Source of the DNA: an uncultured Chitinophagales bacterium
GTDB taxonomy: Bacteria; Bacteroidota; Ignavibacteria; UBA10030; UBA6906
Reading direction: 5' to 3'
DNA length: 64,000 nt
Assembly: GCA_964539775.1 (NCBI GenBank)
Contig: CAZIKE010000001.1
Coordinates: forward strand, 22,013 to 86,012
Below the pieces are notes generated by a model. The model worked only from the letters and a program-made list of their open reading frames with translations. It was not told the DNA's origin and ran no database searches. Shown piece by piece: positions 19,001-26,791 of this stretch (positions within the stretch are counted from its first letter, which is position 1; each line of letters begins with the position of its first letter). The position numbers and the translations under genes are program-made.

Positions 19001-20636
19001 CGACACTCGCTTGCCCGACACGCCGATGGATTTCGAGATCAGGACGGAGGGACTGCAAATGAGCCTGCTCGATCCACTCGTCCCGACATTTAACGACCTT
19101 GTCGGAACACTCAAGGCGGATCTCAAGATCGGCGGCTCACCCAGGAAGCCGAGCTTTGCAGGCTCCATGAGCATCGAGAATTGTTCCTTCCTGTTCGAGC
19201 CGAACAACATGTATTACCGATTGGATGGCCACTTCCAGCCGGATGGCGAGCGCATCAACGTGATCGATGCCGTCATCCGCAATATCGACTCGGACAACCG
19301 GCCGGGTCGCGTCGGGCTGATCCACGTGAAGGGCGATTTCTCGCTGCGTGAGTTAGTGCCGTCCGATTTCAACGCCGACATCACAGGGCAGTTGCTTGTG
19401 GTCAACAAGAATACACGCACGTCATCGCTTGCCGTGTACGGCGAGCTTCCCGTGGAGGTCTCCGGCAAGGGCCTGCGTTTTACGGGCAACATCGAACACT
19501 CGTTGTTGAAGGGGGACCTCCTCGTCCGCAACGCAAGTCTCGCGTTCCCACCAACAGCCACAACGGCGCGGGAGGATACGTTCTTCATTCCCTTCCGCCT
19601 GGTCAATGACACCGTGCGCGCGGTGGCACCGGCGGACGTTTCGGTTTCGTCGCGCTACTTCGGCTCTGCGGGACGCGAAACAGCCGACACAGCGGCAAGG
19701 GCAGGTGCGCGCACACGATCGTTCATGGATGGGCTTCGCTATGACCTCAACGTGGAGTTTGCCGGCAGTAACAACGAAGTACGCATGATCTTCAACTCGG
19801 CAACGAATGAGGAACTGGTCGCGAACATTACCGGCAGAGTTGCCATCACCGAGGAGGGCAAGTACTGGGTGGGGACGCTCGATGTCGTGCGTGCTTCCTA
19901 CAACTTTTACGGGAAGCGGTTTGACGCTGAAGGAACGATCACCTACACGGGAGACTTCCTCAACCCCGAGTTGAACATCACCGCCACGTATGAGGGCACG
20001 CGGACCAACGATCAGGTGCAGCCGCCGGTCAACGAGCGGGTGGTGGTGACCTACAAGATCACGGGAACACGCTTCGCCCCCAAGCCGGATATTGCAATGA
20101 AGATCGACGACGTGGACTACGCAACGTACACTGCGGGCCCGAAGTCGGGCGACGTCCAGTCCGATGCGCTGACGTTCATCATCACCAATACCTTCCCGCT
20201 CTCCCGCGGCGAACGGAACAACATTGCCGAGCAAATCGGGCCGACGGTCGGCGCGGGCCTAGTGGGAGGCGCAACCTCGCTGCTGACGAGCACGCTTGCA
20301 GAGTTCCTCCGGACGAAGACCGGGTTTATCCAATCGTTCGAGCTGCGGTACGACACGAGTGTGCGCGGCGGCTCGTTCGGCCAGAGCGCCGATGTACGCC
20401 TGGGAGGCACGGCCTTCAAAGGCTACTGGCGCTACGGCGGCAAGATTCTGGAAGACCCGTTCAGCAACGCCAACTTCAGCATCCTCTATTCGTTCGGCGA
20501 TATCTTCGATCGACCTTCGCTGCGGAATTTCATGGTCGAGCTGGAGCGGCGCGTCGATACCTCCACATGGTTCGGCTCTATCGAAACACGGAAGGAGATT
20601 AACTCCGCGCGGTTCTTCTACCGCTTTTCGTTCTAA
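16074..20636 (+). CDS. tamB: translocation and assembly module protein TamB-like
   Basis: About 1520 aa. N-terminal anchor (KKILKWLAYVSAGIIALASIV), a very long beta-rich body and a DUF490-like C-terminus ending ..ARFFYRFSF. The ORF track starts at GTG 16038. GTG 16074 gives the typical MKKIL N-terminus. Confidence 0.85.
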   Translation: MKKILKWLAYVSAGIIALASIVAGISQTQFFRDRLRSFALTQLDSLLNAEVRLGELRGNLITGFSIDSVFIAVQGTPFLSAERLALRYDLFQIPSKRVTISNLILVRPQIALLCGSDGVWNFERMVRPSPEDTTSTPFDWPIKVDRLEIKEGFLRLLDSAALAAPDHETTDAYYVEYHDFSLRNVNLVATSCLITPVEKRARLAALSFDSEHPTVHLTKLSGDFKVTRKEATVKNMIVQTSRSHMLLNATMKDIDLFGGLALSELQEKPVELSLRAYGLDLNELKRFIHQLDFLHGEVKAEIAAEGQFGRLDISQIDLQTRASELHFAGTLSNLHDPKALHLNIKCRESVISYDDVRALMPSIPLPDFRSIGPAGISFDFNGEPLQFTTALSIQTDAGSVSTNGVALTIGGESSLQYEGEFTLHGVNLARVLAESELESSLNGTLHVTGSGTSLDNLTVRAELTLDSSYVCGQPVEATSVTVTAAHGNLAGVARLAWGTMRTELEAKLDDAVRATPRFSIAGTISSLNLADLLNDPSHNSDLTLRLKAEGTGLEWEKLNCTALFDFSSSRYREYRIDSGAVHLLIDQRDPMHSAISINSGLADFSIKGQFDLDYMVGLIRYEINSLRLAVGQRLRVIDSTLATTLDEQALVALGNRLAAQKKSLNAAYELRVKNLEPLSLLTGNRTFDAVGVIEGSLQGDYTTLAGDARLELREFFYGNADSGMLVQNGDATLRFSDLHPINPLSSLTLRIRADAGKMHINRTKLDTLKFGIFYDKEYAGFVVQADYDWDYHFRTNGQVGVTDDGVQFTLSNLQLGYQDYLWKADDGGVIAVNPHGMRVHSFILRRDSQTVAFTGSLLAGGALGATVQCRSLDLVNLKYVLRKEEQGTDARLFEGRADLDASARGTLTSPVYDATLTARSVSFRGFPFGEIHGTLTYRDEQLVAALSMDNRSDKTSGAPDLTIRGTLPIRLALTGVDTRLPDTPMDFEIRTEGLQMSLLDPLVPTFNDLVGTLKADLKIGGSPRKPSFAGSMSIENCSFLFEPNNMYYRLDGHFQPDGERINVIDAVIRNIDSDNRPGRVGLIHVKGDFSLRELVPSDFNADITGQLLVVNKNTRTSSLAVYGELPVEVSGKGLRFTGNIEHSLLKGDLLVRNASLAFPPTATTAREDTFFIPFRLVNDTVRAVAPADVSVSSRYFGSAGRETADTAARAGARTRSFMDGLRYDLNVEFAGSNNEVRMIFNSATNEELVANITGRVAITEEGKYWVGTLDVVRASYNFYGKRFDAEGTITYTGDFLNPELNITATYEGTRTNDQVQPPVNERVVVTYKITGTRFAPKPDIAMKIDDVDYATYTAGPKSGDVQSDALTFIITNTFPLSRGERNNIAEQIGPTVGAGLVGGATSLLTSTLAEFLRTKTGFIQSFELRYDTSVRGGSFGQSADVRLGGTAFKGYWRYGGKILEDPFSNANFSILYSFGDIFDRPSLRNFMVELERRVDTSTWFGSIETRKEINSARFFYRFSF

Positions 20637-20662
20637 CCACGATCACTATCAAGGATACTCCC

Positions 20663-22828
20663 ATTAAACATCTCAAGAAAAAGCTCCTCACGTTCCTCTC
20701 GTCCGATCGATCCCGATCGTTCACACTCAAACACCTCGTCAACCACCTTGCGATCCAGGACAAGCGAGAGTACACTGCGCTGCGGGAAGTTGTGGATGAG
20801 CTTGACCGGAAAGGTCTCATTGCCGTCGACCGCCGCGGCCGCATTCGGTACGCTGCGAAGACACCGCCCGAGCACACTTCGTCCAAGAAATCTCCCGTCA
20901 ACAGAGTAGTCGGCACATTGAGCACGACGCGGCATGGTTTCGGTTTTGTAAAGATCGAAGGAACGGATGAAGAAGTGTACATCGCCGAGCGGTTCATGTC
21001 AACGGCGCTGCACGGCGACAAGGTTGCCGTGACGCTGTTTGCCCGCCCTGTCCGCAAGCAACGACGCGGAGAGCGGGAGCGGTTCGAGGGAGAGATCGTT
21101 GAGGTGTTGGAACGCCGAACGACGCGCATCGTCGGAACGCTGGAGGAGAGCCGCACCGCATTCTTCGTCGTGCCCGATGATGAACACTTCGTGCGCGACG
21201 TGTACGTTGCGAAAGAGGACGCACAGGGCGCGCGCCGGGGAGACAAAGTGGTGGTGCAATTGCTGCCCTGGAACGATCCAGCGATGAACCCGGAGGGTGT
21301 TGTCCTTGAAGTGTTAGGACGTGCGGGTGATGCCCGCGTGGAAGTGATGAGTGTTGCACGCAGTTTCGGTTTGCCGATGAGCTTTCCGCCCGCCGTGGTG
21401 CGCGAGGCTGCTGCCTTCCCCGACACGATCCCCGCCCACGAGATTGCAGCGCGGCTCGACTTCCGAAATACCGCCTGCGTGACCATCGATCCCGAAGATG
21501 CAAAGGACTTTGACGATGCGGTATCATACGAGCGCTTGCCGAATGGGATGATCAGGCTTGGTGTTCACATTGCCGACGTGAGCTACTATGTGAAGGAGGG
21601 TAGCGCACTGGACGCCGAGGCGTTTCAACGCGGCACAAGTGTGTACCTGGTCAATGAAGTGATCCCGATGCTCCCCGAGCGCCTCTCCAACGACCTCTGC
21701 AGTCTTCGCCCCCACACCGACAGGCTCACCTACAGCGTGCTGATGGAGATGACGGACGATGGGACGGTGAAGAAGCACACGATCGTCAAGAGTGTGATCC
21801 GCAGCGGGCGACGCTTTACGTACGAGGAGGTACAGGAGATTCTCGAACGGGGCAAGGGCGAGTTTGCCGACATGCTTCTCCCCCTCCACATACTGACGCA
21901 AGTCCTGACGCGCAAACGCAAGAAGGCTGGAAGCATCGACTTCGATACTGGCGAGGCGAAGTTTCGTTTCGACGAACACGGGTTACCGTCCGCCATCATC
22001 AAGAAAGTCAGGCTGGACGCCCATCGGTTGATCGAGGAGTGTATGTTGCTTGCGAACAAAGTTGTAGCAGAGCACGTGGGCAAGGTAAAGAGGGAAGAAC
22101 ACGCCAGGCCGTTCGTCTATCGTGTGCACGACGTGCCCACCCCCTCACGACTTGAGGACCTCAGCAATTTCGTGAAGCATCTGGGCTATTCGTTGGATGT
22201 CAAGCACGGGGTTTCGTCCCTGCAGTTGCAGCGTCTTCTCGACAAAGTGAAAGGCACCGAGGTGGAGAACGTCGTGAACGAAGTCGCTCTGCGCTCCATG
22301 GCCAAGGCAATCTACTCGGAGAAGAACATCGGCCACTTCGGGTTGGCATTCAAGTACTACACGCACTTCACCTCTCCCATTCGTCGATACCCGGATCTGG
22401 TGGTTCATCGCTTGCTGCACGAATACGAGAAGGGGCTGAACGCAACGCGCCGCGCCGAGCTTGCCCGGCATCTCCCCGCTATTTGCCGCCAGGCCTCGGA
22501 ACGCGAACGTCTTGCCGTCGAGGCCGAACGCGAATCCGTCAAGGTCATGCAGGTGGAATTCATGAAGCGCCATGTGGGCGATGAGTTCGAAGGGGTGATT
22601 GCCGGCGTCACCACCTTCGGCCTGTTCGTCGAGATCAATGACCTGTTGGTAGAGGGATTGGTTCGGATGCGAGATCTCTCGGATGATTACTACCTCTTCG
22701 ACGAACAACGCTATCAGTTGAAGGGACGCTCACGAGGAAAGGTGTACAGGTTGGGGGACACGGTGCGCGTTCAGGTAGTCTCCGTCAACCCCGAGCGGCG
22801 CGAGATTGACTTCCGCATCGTCGATTAA
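20663..22828 (+). CDS. rnr: ribonuclease R
   Basis: RNB catalytic core (DPEDAKDFDDAV, HFGLAFKYYTHFTSPIRRYPDL), cold-shock-like domains and a C-terminal S1 domain. The first canonical start is GTG 20792. However, the in-frame upstream codons encode the RNase R winged-helix N-domain, so the start is proposed at ATT 20663 (see findings). Confidence 0.9.
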   Translation: MKHLKKKLLTFLSSDRSRSFTLKHLVNHLAIQDKREYTALREVVDELDRKGLIAVDRRGRIRYAAKTPPEHTSSKKSPVNRVVGTLSTTRHGFGFVKIEGTDEEVYIAERFMSTALHGDKVAVTLFARPVRKQRRGERERFEGEIVEVLERRTTRIVGTLEESRTAFFVVPDDEHFVRDVYVAKEDAQGARRGDKVVVQLLPWNDPAMNPEGVVLEVLGRAGDARVEVMSVARSFGLPMSFPPAVVREAAAFPDTIPAHEIAARLDFRNTACVTIDPEDAKDFDDAVSYERLPNGMIRLGVHIADVSYYVKEGSALDAEAFQRGTSVYLVNEVIPMLPERLSNDLCSLRPHTDRLTYSVLMEMTDDGTVKKHTIVKSVIRSGRRFTYEEVQEILERGKGEFADMLLPLHILTQVLTRKRKKAGSIDFDTGEAKFRFDEHGLPSAIIKKVRLDAHRLIEECMLLANKVVAEHVGKVKREEHARPFVYRVHDVPTPSRLEDLSNFVKHLGYSLDVKHGVSSLQLQRLLDKVKGTEVENVVNEVALRSMAKAIYSEKNIGHFGLAFKYYTHFTSPIRRYPDLVVHRLLHEYEKGLNATRRAELARHLPAICRQASERERLAVEAERESVKVMQVEFMKRHVGDEFEGVIAGVTTFGLFVEINDLLVEGLVRMRDLSDDYYLFDEQRYQLKGRSRGKVYRLGDTVRVQVVSVNPERREIDFRIVD

Positions 22829-22945
22829 ACTGGCAGTGCCTTTGTGTGTCTCATGAAGGCGACGCAGAGGAGTTATCGTTGCATTTTCCTCTCGACTTTA
22901 GTAGAATCTAACCAGAGGGTGTATATTCAATCCAAAGAGGACATT

Positions 22946-25900
22946 ATGAAGGTGCGCGGGTTGTTGTGGGCGGCCGTGCTGGCGCTCTGCACGGTGGTGC
23001 AGGGAGTTGGTGTGGCGCAGGATGGTCTGTTCGGTAAGAACAAGGTCCAGTACAAGAAATTCAACTGGTTCTTCATTCAAACCGACCATTTCGACATCTA
23101 TTTTTCGGAAGGGGGAGAGAAGATTGCCGAGTTCACCGCTGCGGCGGCTGAGTCGGCGTACGCATCCATCAGCAAGTCATTCCGATACCAGCTCGTCAAC
23201 CGTGTCCCGATCATTGTCACGAACTCGCACAATGAGTTCCAGCAGAGCAATGTGGTGAGCGAATATCTGGAAGAGGGCATTGGAGGCGTTACGGAGCTTT
23301 TCAAAAACCGCGTGTTGATTCCGTTCGAAGGGAACTACAAACAATTCCGCCATGTGATCCACCACGAGCTGGTACACGCAGTGGTGAACGACATGTTTTA
23401 CGGCGGCTCCATCCAATCGATCATTGCCAACAACATCACCCTCCAGTTGCCGCTCTGGTTCAACGAAGGCATCGCCGAATATGAAGCCCAGAAGTGGGAG
23501 ACCAACTCGGATATGTTTCTGCGCGATGCAACAGTCCATGAATACCTTCCCCCCATCAACCGTTTGGGCGGCTACTTTGCCTATCGAGGAGGACAATCGC
23601 TCTGGTGGTACATTGCCAACAAGTACGGAGAGCAAAAGATCGGCGATATCCTCAACCGTATCAAAAGCACACGCAGCGTGGAGGGAGGGTTCCGCGGAGC
23701 AATTGGCTTAGGGTTGGAGGAACTGAACGAGCGATGGCAAAAAGAGATGAAGGTAACCTACTGGCCCGATATTGCCAAGCGCGAGGAACCTGCAGATTAC
23801 GCGCGCAAGCTTACCGACCACAAGAAGGATGGCAACTTCTACAACACGAGTCCCGCCATCTCGCCCCAAGGAGATCGGGTTGCGTTCATCTCCGACCGCA
23901 ATGATTATCTGGACGTGTTTGTGATGAGCACACTCGATGGAAAGATCATGGACAAGGTGGTCAGCGGCCAGACGACGAGCGATTTCGAGGAGTTGAAGCT
24001 GTTGACGCCTCGCCTCACCTGGTCGCCCGATGGGAAGAAGATCGCCCTGGCCGCGAAATCCGGGGCAACAGATGCCATCCTCATCGTCGACGTCGAAGAA
24101 GGCGATGTCACGCGACTGACGTTCGATCTGGATGCGATCTATTCGGTCGACTGGTCGTGGCAGGGCGACAAGCTTGCGTTCGTCGGCAACACCTTAGAGC
24201 GATCCGACATCTATGTCTATGATCTGACCTCCAAACAACTGATCAATCTCACGCAGGATATCTTCAGCGATGCCGATCCTGCGTGGTCACCCGACGGGAA
24301 GTACATTTATTTCTCCTCTGACCGCCGTGACAAGCTCGGACGCGAAGACGTGGACATGGCGACGTTTGACTACAGCCAGCAGGATCTCTACCGGGTTGAG
24401 ATTGCGACGAAAAACATCGAGCGCCTCACCGATTGGCCGGAGAGCGACGAGAACTCCGTGACTTGCTCTCCTGATGGAAAGAAGATCCTTTTCGTGTCCG
24501 ACAAGAACGGTATCAATAACATCTACGAGATGGTTCTGGCCACGCGCTCCGTCCGACCCATCACCAACTCGTTGAGTGGTGTCTATCAACTTTCGCTGTC
24601 GCGCGATGGCTCCAAGCTTGCCTTCTCTTCGCTGCACCATGCGGGATTCGACATCTTTGTGATGCGCAACCCGTTCGAGCGCGACCTGAAGCTTGCCGAG
24701 CTTGAACCGACGGAATTCATCAAGTCGAAGCGTTCCCCGCCGGCCGCCCCGGCAGCGCAGGAAACGGTGGCCGTGCAGCGGGAAGCTGCGCGCGATACGA
24801 CCGGCGTGTTCGGCGGCAATCTCGAGATCGACTTCAGCGGGTTCGCCTCGGGACGCGAAGGCCTCCAGAACCTTCCGACAGACACTACGATCGCACGCCT
24901 CCCGCAGATCGTCGGCAATCTCGACAAAGAGGGGAAGTATAAGGTCAACAAATACAAACTGAACTTCTCGCCGGACATCATCTACGGGAACGCCGGGTAC
25001 AATACCTTTTACGGCGTAACCGGCTCGACCATCATGGCCTTCAGCGATCTGTTAGGCGATCATCAGATCGTCTTCGTCACTAACTTGCTGCTGGATCTCA
25101 AGAACAGCGACTACGCTCTCCAATACTTGTACCTGCCGGAGCGTCTCGACATTGGGTTTACCGGATTCCACAGCGCGCGCTTCGTCATCATCAACGACCT
25201 CTACGGCGGGAGCCTCTATCGCTTCCGCACCTACGGGCTTGCGCTGAACGCGCAGTATCCCATCGACAAGTTCAACCGCATCGATATGGGCCTGAGCTGG
25301 TTCAACATCTCGCGGGAGAACCTCGACCAGCTCTCCGACCCGACGCAGAAACGCACGGTGCTCGTGCCGTCGTTGGGCTACACACACGACACTTCGCTCT
25401 GGGGGTACACCGCACCGATGAACGGGACGCGCTATGCGTTCAACATCTTCGGTACGCCGAAGCTCGGCTCGGCGGGCTTGAGTTTCGTCAACGTGACCGG
25501 CGACTACCGGACGTATGTGCGGCTCGGACGTCAGTACGCGTTCGCGCTACGCCTTGCCGGCGGCGGCAGTTTCGGCGCCAATCCCCAGAAGTACATCGTC
25601 GGCGGAGTGGACAACTGGATCAACCACACGTTCGAAGGCGGATACATCCCTCTGGAAAACGCGGAGGACTACATCTTCCTGCAAACCGGGCTTCCTCTCC
25701 GCGGGTACAACTACAACGCCCGCATCGGCTCGCGCTACGCCCTGTTCAATTTCGAGTTCCGCTATCCTCTGCTGGCCTTCTTCCAGGCAGGTCCGCTTCC
25801 CATCGGACTCCAGAGCATCATGGGCACGATGTTCTTCGATATGGGATCGGCGTGGAATAGGGAGCGGGCGTTCCAGGCCTTCGCCAGGGATGCTCAAGGC

Positions 25901-26053
25901 AACACCATCACCAAAGACCTGCTGATGGGCATGGGCACCGGCGCAAGAATCTTCTTCCTCGGGTTTTTGGTAAAGCTCGACGTGGCTTGGGCGTGGTACT
26001 GGAGCGGCTTCAGCGAACCGAAGTACTACATTTCACTCGGGACGGATTTCTGA
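22946..26053 (+). CDS. outer-membrane protein fusing an HExxH (gluzincin-like) domain, TolB-like PD40 beta-propeller repeats and an Omp85-type C-terminal barrel
   Basis: ATG 22946 follows an AAAGAGG SD and gives the signal peptide MKVRGLLWAAVLALCTVVQGVGVAQ. HELVH lies at 23363..23377, followed by WFNEGIAEY. Repeated SPDGKxIxF PD40 signatures are present. C-terminus: ..VKLDVAWAWYW..YYISLGTDF. Confidence 0.8.
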   Translation: MKVRGLLWAAVLALCTVVQGVGVAQDGLFGKNKVQYKKFNWFFIQTDHFDIYFSEGGEKIAEFTAAAAESAYASISKSFRYQLVNRVPIIVTNSHNEFQQSNVVSEYLEEGIGGVTELFKNRVLIPFEGNYKQFRHVIHHELVHAVVNDMFYGGSIQSIIANNITLQLPLWFNEGIAEYEAQKWETNSDMFLRDATVHEYLPPINRLGGYFAYRGGQSLWWYIANKYGEQKIGDILNRIKSTRSVEGGFRGAIGLGLEELNERWQKEMKVTYWPDIAKREEPADYARKLTDHKKDGNFYNTSPAISPQGDRVAFISDRNDYLDVFVMSTLDGKIMDKVVSGQTTSDFEELKLLTPRLTWSPDGKKIALAAKSGATDAILIVDVEEGDVTRLTFDLDAIYSVDWSWQGDKLAFVGNTLERSDIYVYDLTSKQLINLTQDIFSDADPAWSPDGKYIYFSSDRRDKLGREDVDMATFDYSQQDLYRVEIATKNIERLTDWPESDENSVTCSPDGKKILFVSDKNGINNIYEMVLATRSVRPITNSLSGVYQLSLSRDGSKLAFSSLHHAGFDIFVMRNPFERDLKLAELEPTEFIKSKRSPPAAPAAQETVAVQREAARDTTGVFGGNLEIDFSGFASGREGLQNLPTDTTIARLPQIVGNLDKEGKYKVNKYKLNFSPDIIYGNAGYNTFYGVTGSTIMAFSDLLGDHQIVFVTNLLLDLKNSDYALQYLYLPERLDIGFTGFHSARFVIINDLYGGSLYRFRTYGLALNAQYPIDKFNRIDMGLSWFNISRENLDQLSDPTQKRTVLVPSLGYTHDTSLWGYTAPMNGTRYAFNIFGTPKLGSAGLSFVNVTGDYRTYVRLGRQYAFALRLAGGGSFGANPQKYIVGGVDNWINHTFEGGYIPLENAEDYIFLQTGLPLRGYNYNARIGSRYALFNFEFRYPLLAFFQAGPLPIGLQSIMGTMFFDMGSAWNRERAFQAFARDAQGNTITKDLLMGMGTGARIFFLGFLVKLDVAWAWYWSGFSEPKYYISLGTDF

Positions 26054-26074
26054 AACCAGCAAATGCGAAAGGAG

Positions 26075-26112
26075 GCAAAAGCCCCGTCGTTGGCGATGGG
26101 GCTTTTGCTTTT
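26075..26112. terminator. rho-independent terminator between convergent genes
   Basis: 11-bp stem GCAAAAGCCCC (26075..26085) / GGGGCTTTTGC (26098..26108) with a 12-nt loop, followed by TTTT. Confidence 0.75.
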
Positions 26113-26129
26113 GGTAGAGTGATGGCACG

Positions 26130-26579
26130 TTAGATCCGCGTAAAGACAAGCACGACCGTGTTCCCCTGCATCTGCGTCGTAAAGGTCATCTGGTTCCCTG
26201 TAATCACGAAACTTCCGGCAATCACAATAGGCTGCTGGAGTGGCTGTCCATTCGAGTGAGTGATGGTGACGGTAACACTTTGCCCGCTGATGCTAAAGGT
26301 ACCCGTCTCGGTGTAAAGAACATTCCCCTGAGCATCCCTCTCTTCATAGGTGAACGCCCCGTTGGCGCCGAAGATGAATCGCGCGCTGACGGCACCCTGG
26401 ACGTATTCGAAAATCTGCGCTGGGTCGGCCGGCTGTCCGTTCACTGTTGCAGATGTTATGGTCCATGTGCCGGTGATGGATGTTGTGGCAGCTCCCGCTG
26501 GGTTTGTTGAGTCTTTCTTGCACGAAGCAAGAACCAATGCGAGGCCGGCAACCAGAAATGCGAATCTGTTGATGTGCAT
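26130..26579 (-). CDS. small lipoprotein, lipocalin-like
   Basis: 149 aa. MHINRFAFLVAGLALVLASC lipobox. G/T-rich beta pattern (TGTWTITSATVNG...). Confidence 0.65.
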   Translation of the reverse strand: MHINRFAFLVAGLALVLASCKKDSTNPAGAATTSITGTWTITSATVNGQPADPAQIFEYVQGAVSARFIFGANGAFTYEERDAQGNVLYTETGTFSISGQSVTVTITHSNGQPLQQPIVIAGSFVITGNQMTFTTQMQGNTVVLVFTRI

Positions 26580-26791
26580 GTGTAACTCCTCAAAGGTTGT
26601 GGGATGATGTCAACGTGCGTCGGCTTGCTGGCTGTAAACTAATTTATAGATGATGAAGAAAGAAATCAAGGTCGTGGTGACTCACCCAGACGGGCAGCGC
26701 GGGGGTTACTCTGCACGATCCATCGCGGGGGTGTACCGGGGATTTCTTCGGCACACGCCCCGCGCGGGATCCTTTGCCTTGAGGAGCTGCA

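Noticed and set aside
20599-21486. 295-aa minus-strand ORF, plus other overlapping ORFs across rnr
   Set aside because: It is antisense to RNase R, with an S/R/T-rich low-complexity translation.
22844-22945. Long N-terminal extensions offered by the ORF track (here, and at 29177 for glgA, 29230 for maeB, 44018, 35226, 33465, 57413, 47427)
   Set aside because: In each case an internal ATG, preceded by a better SD or immediately yielding the family's canonical N-terminus or signal peptide, is a more plausible start.
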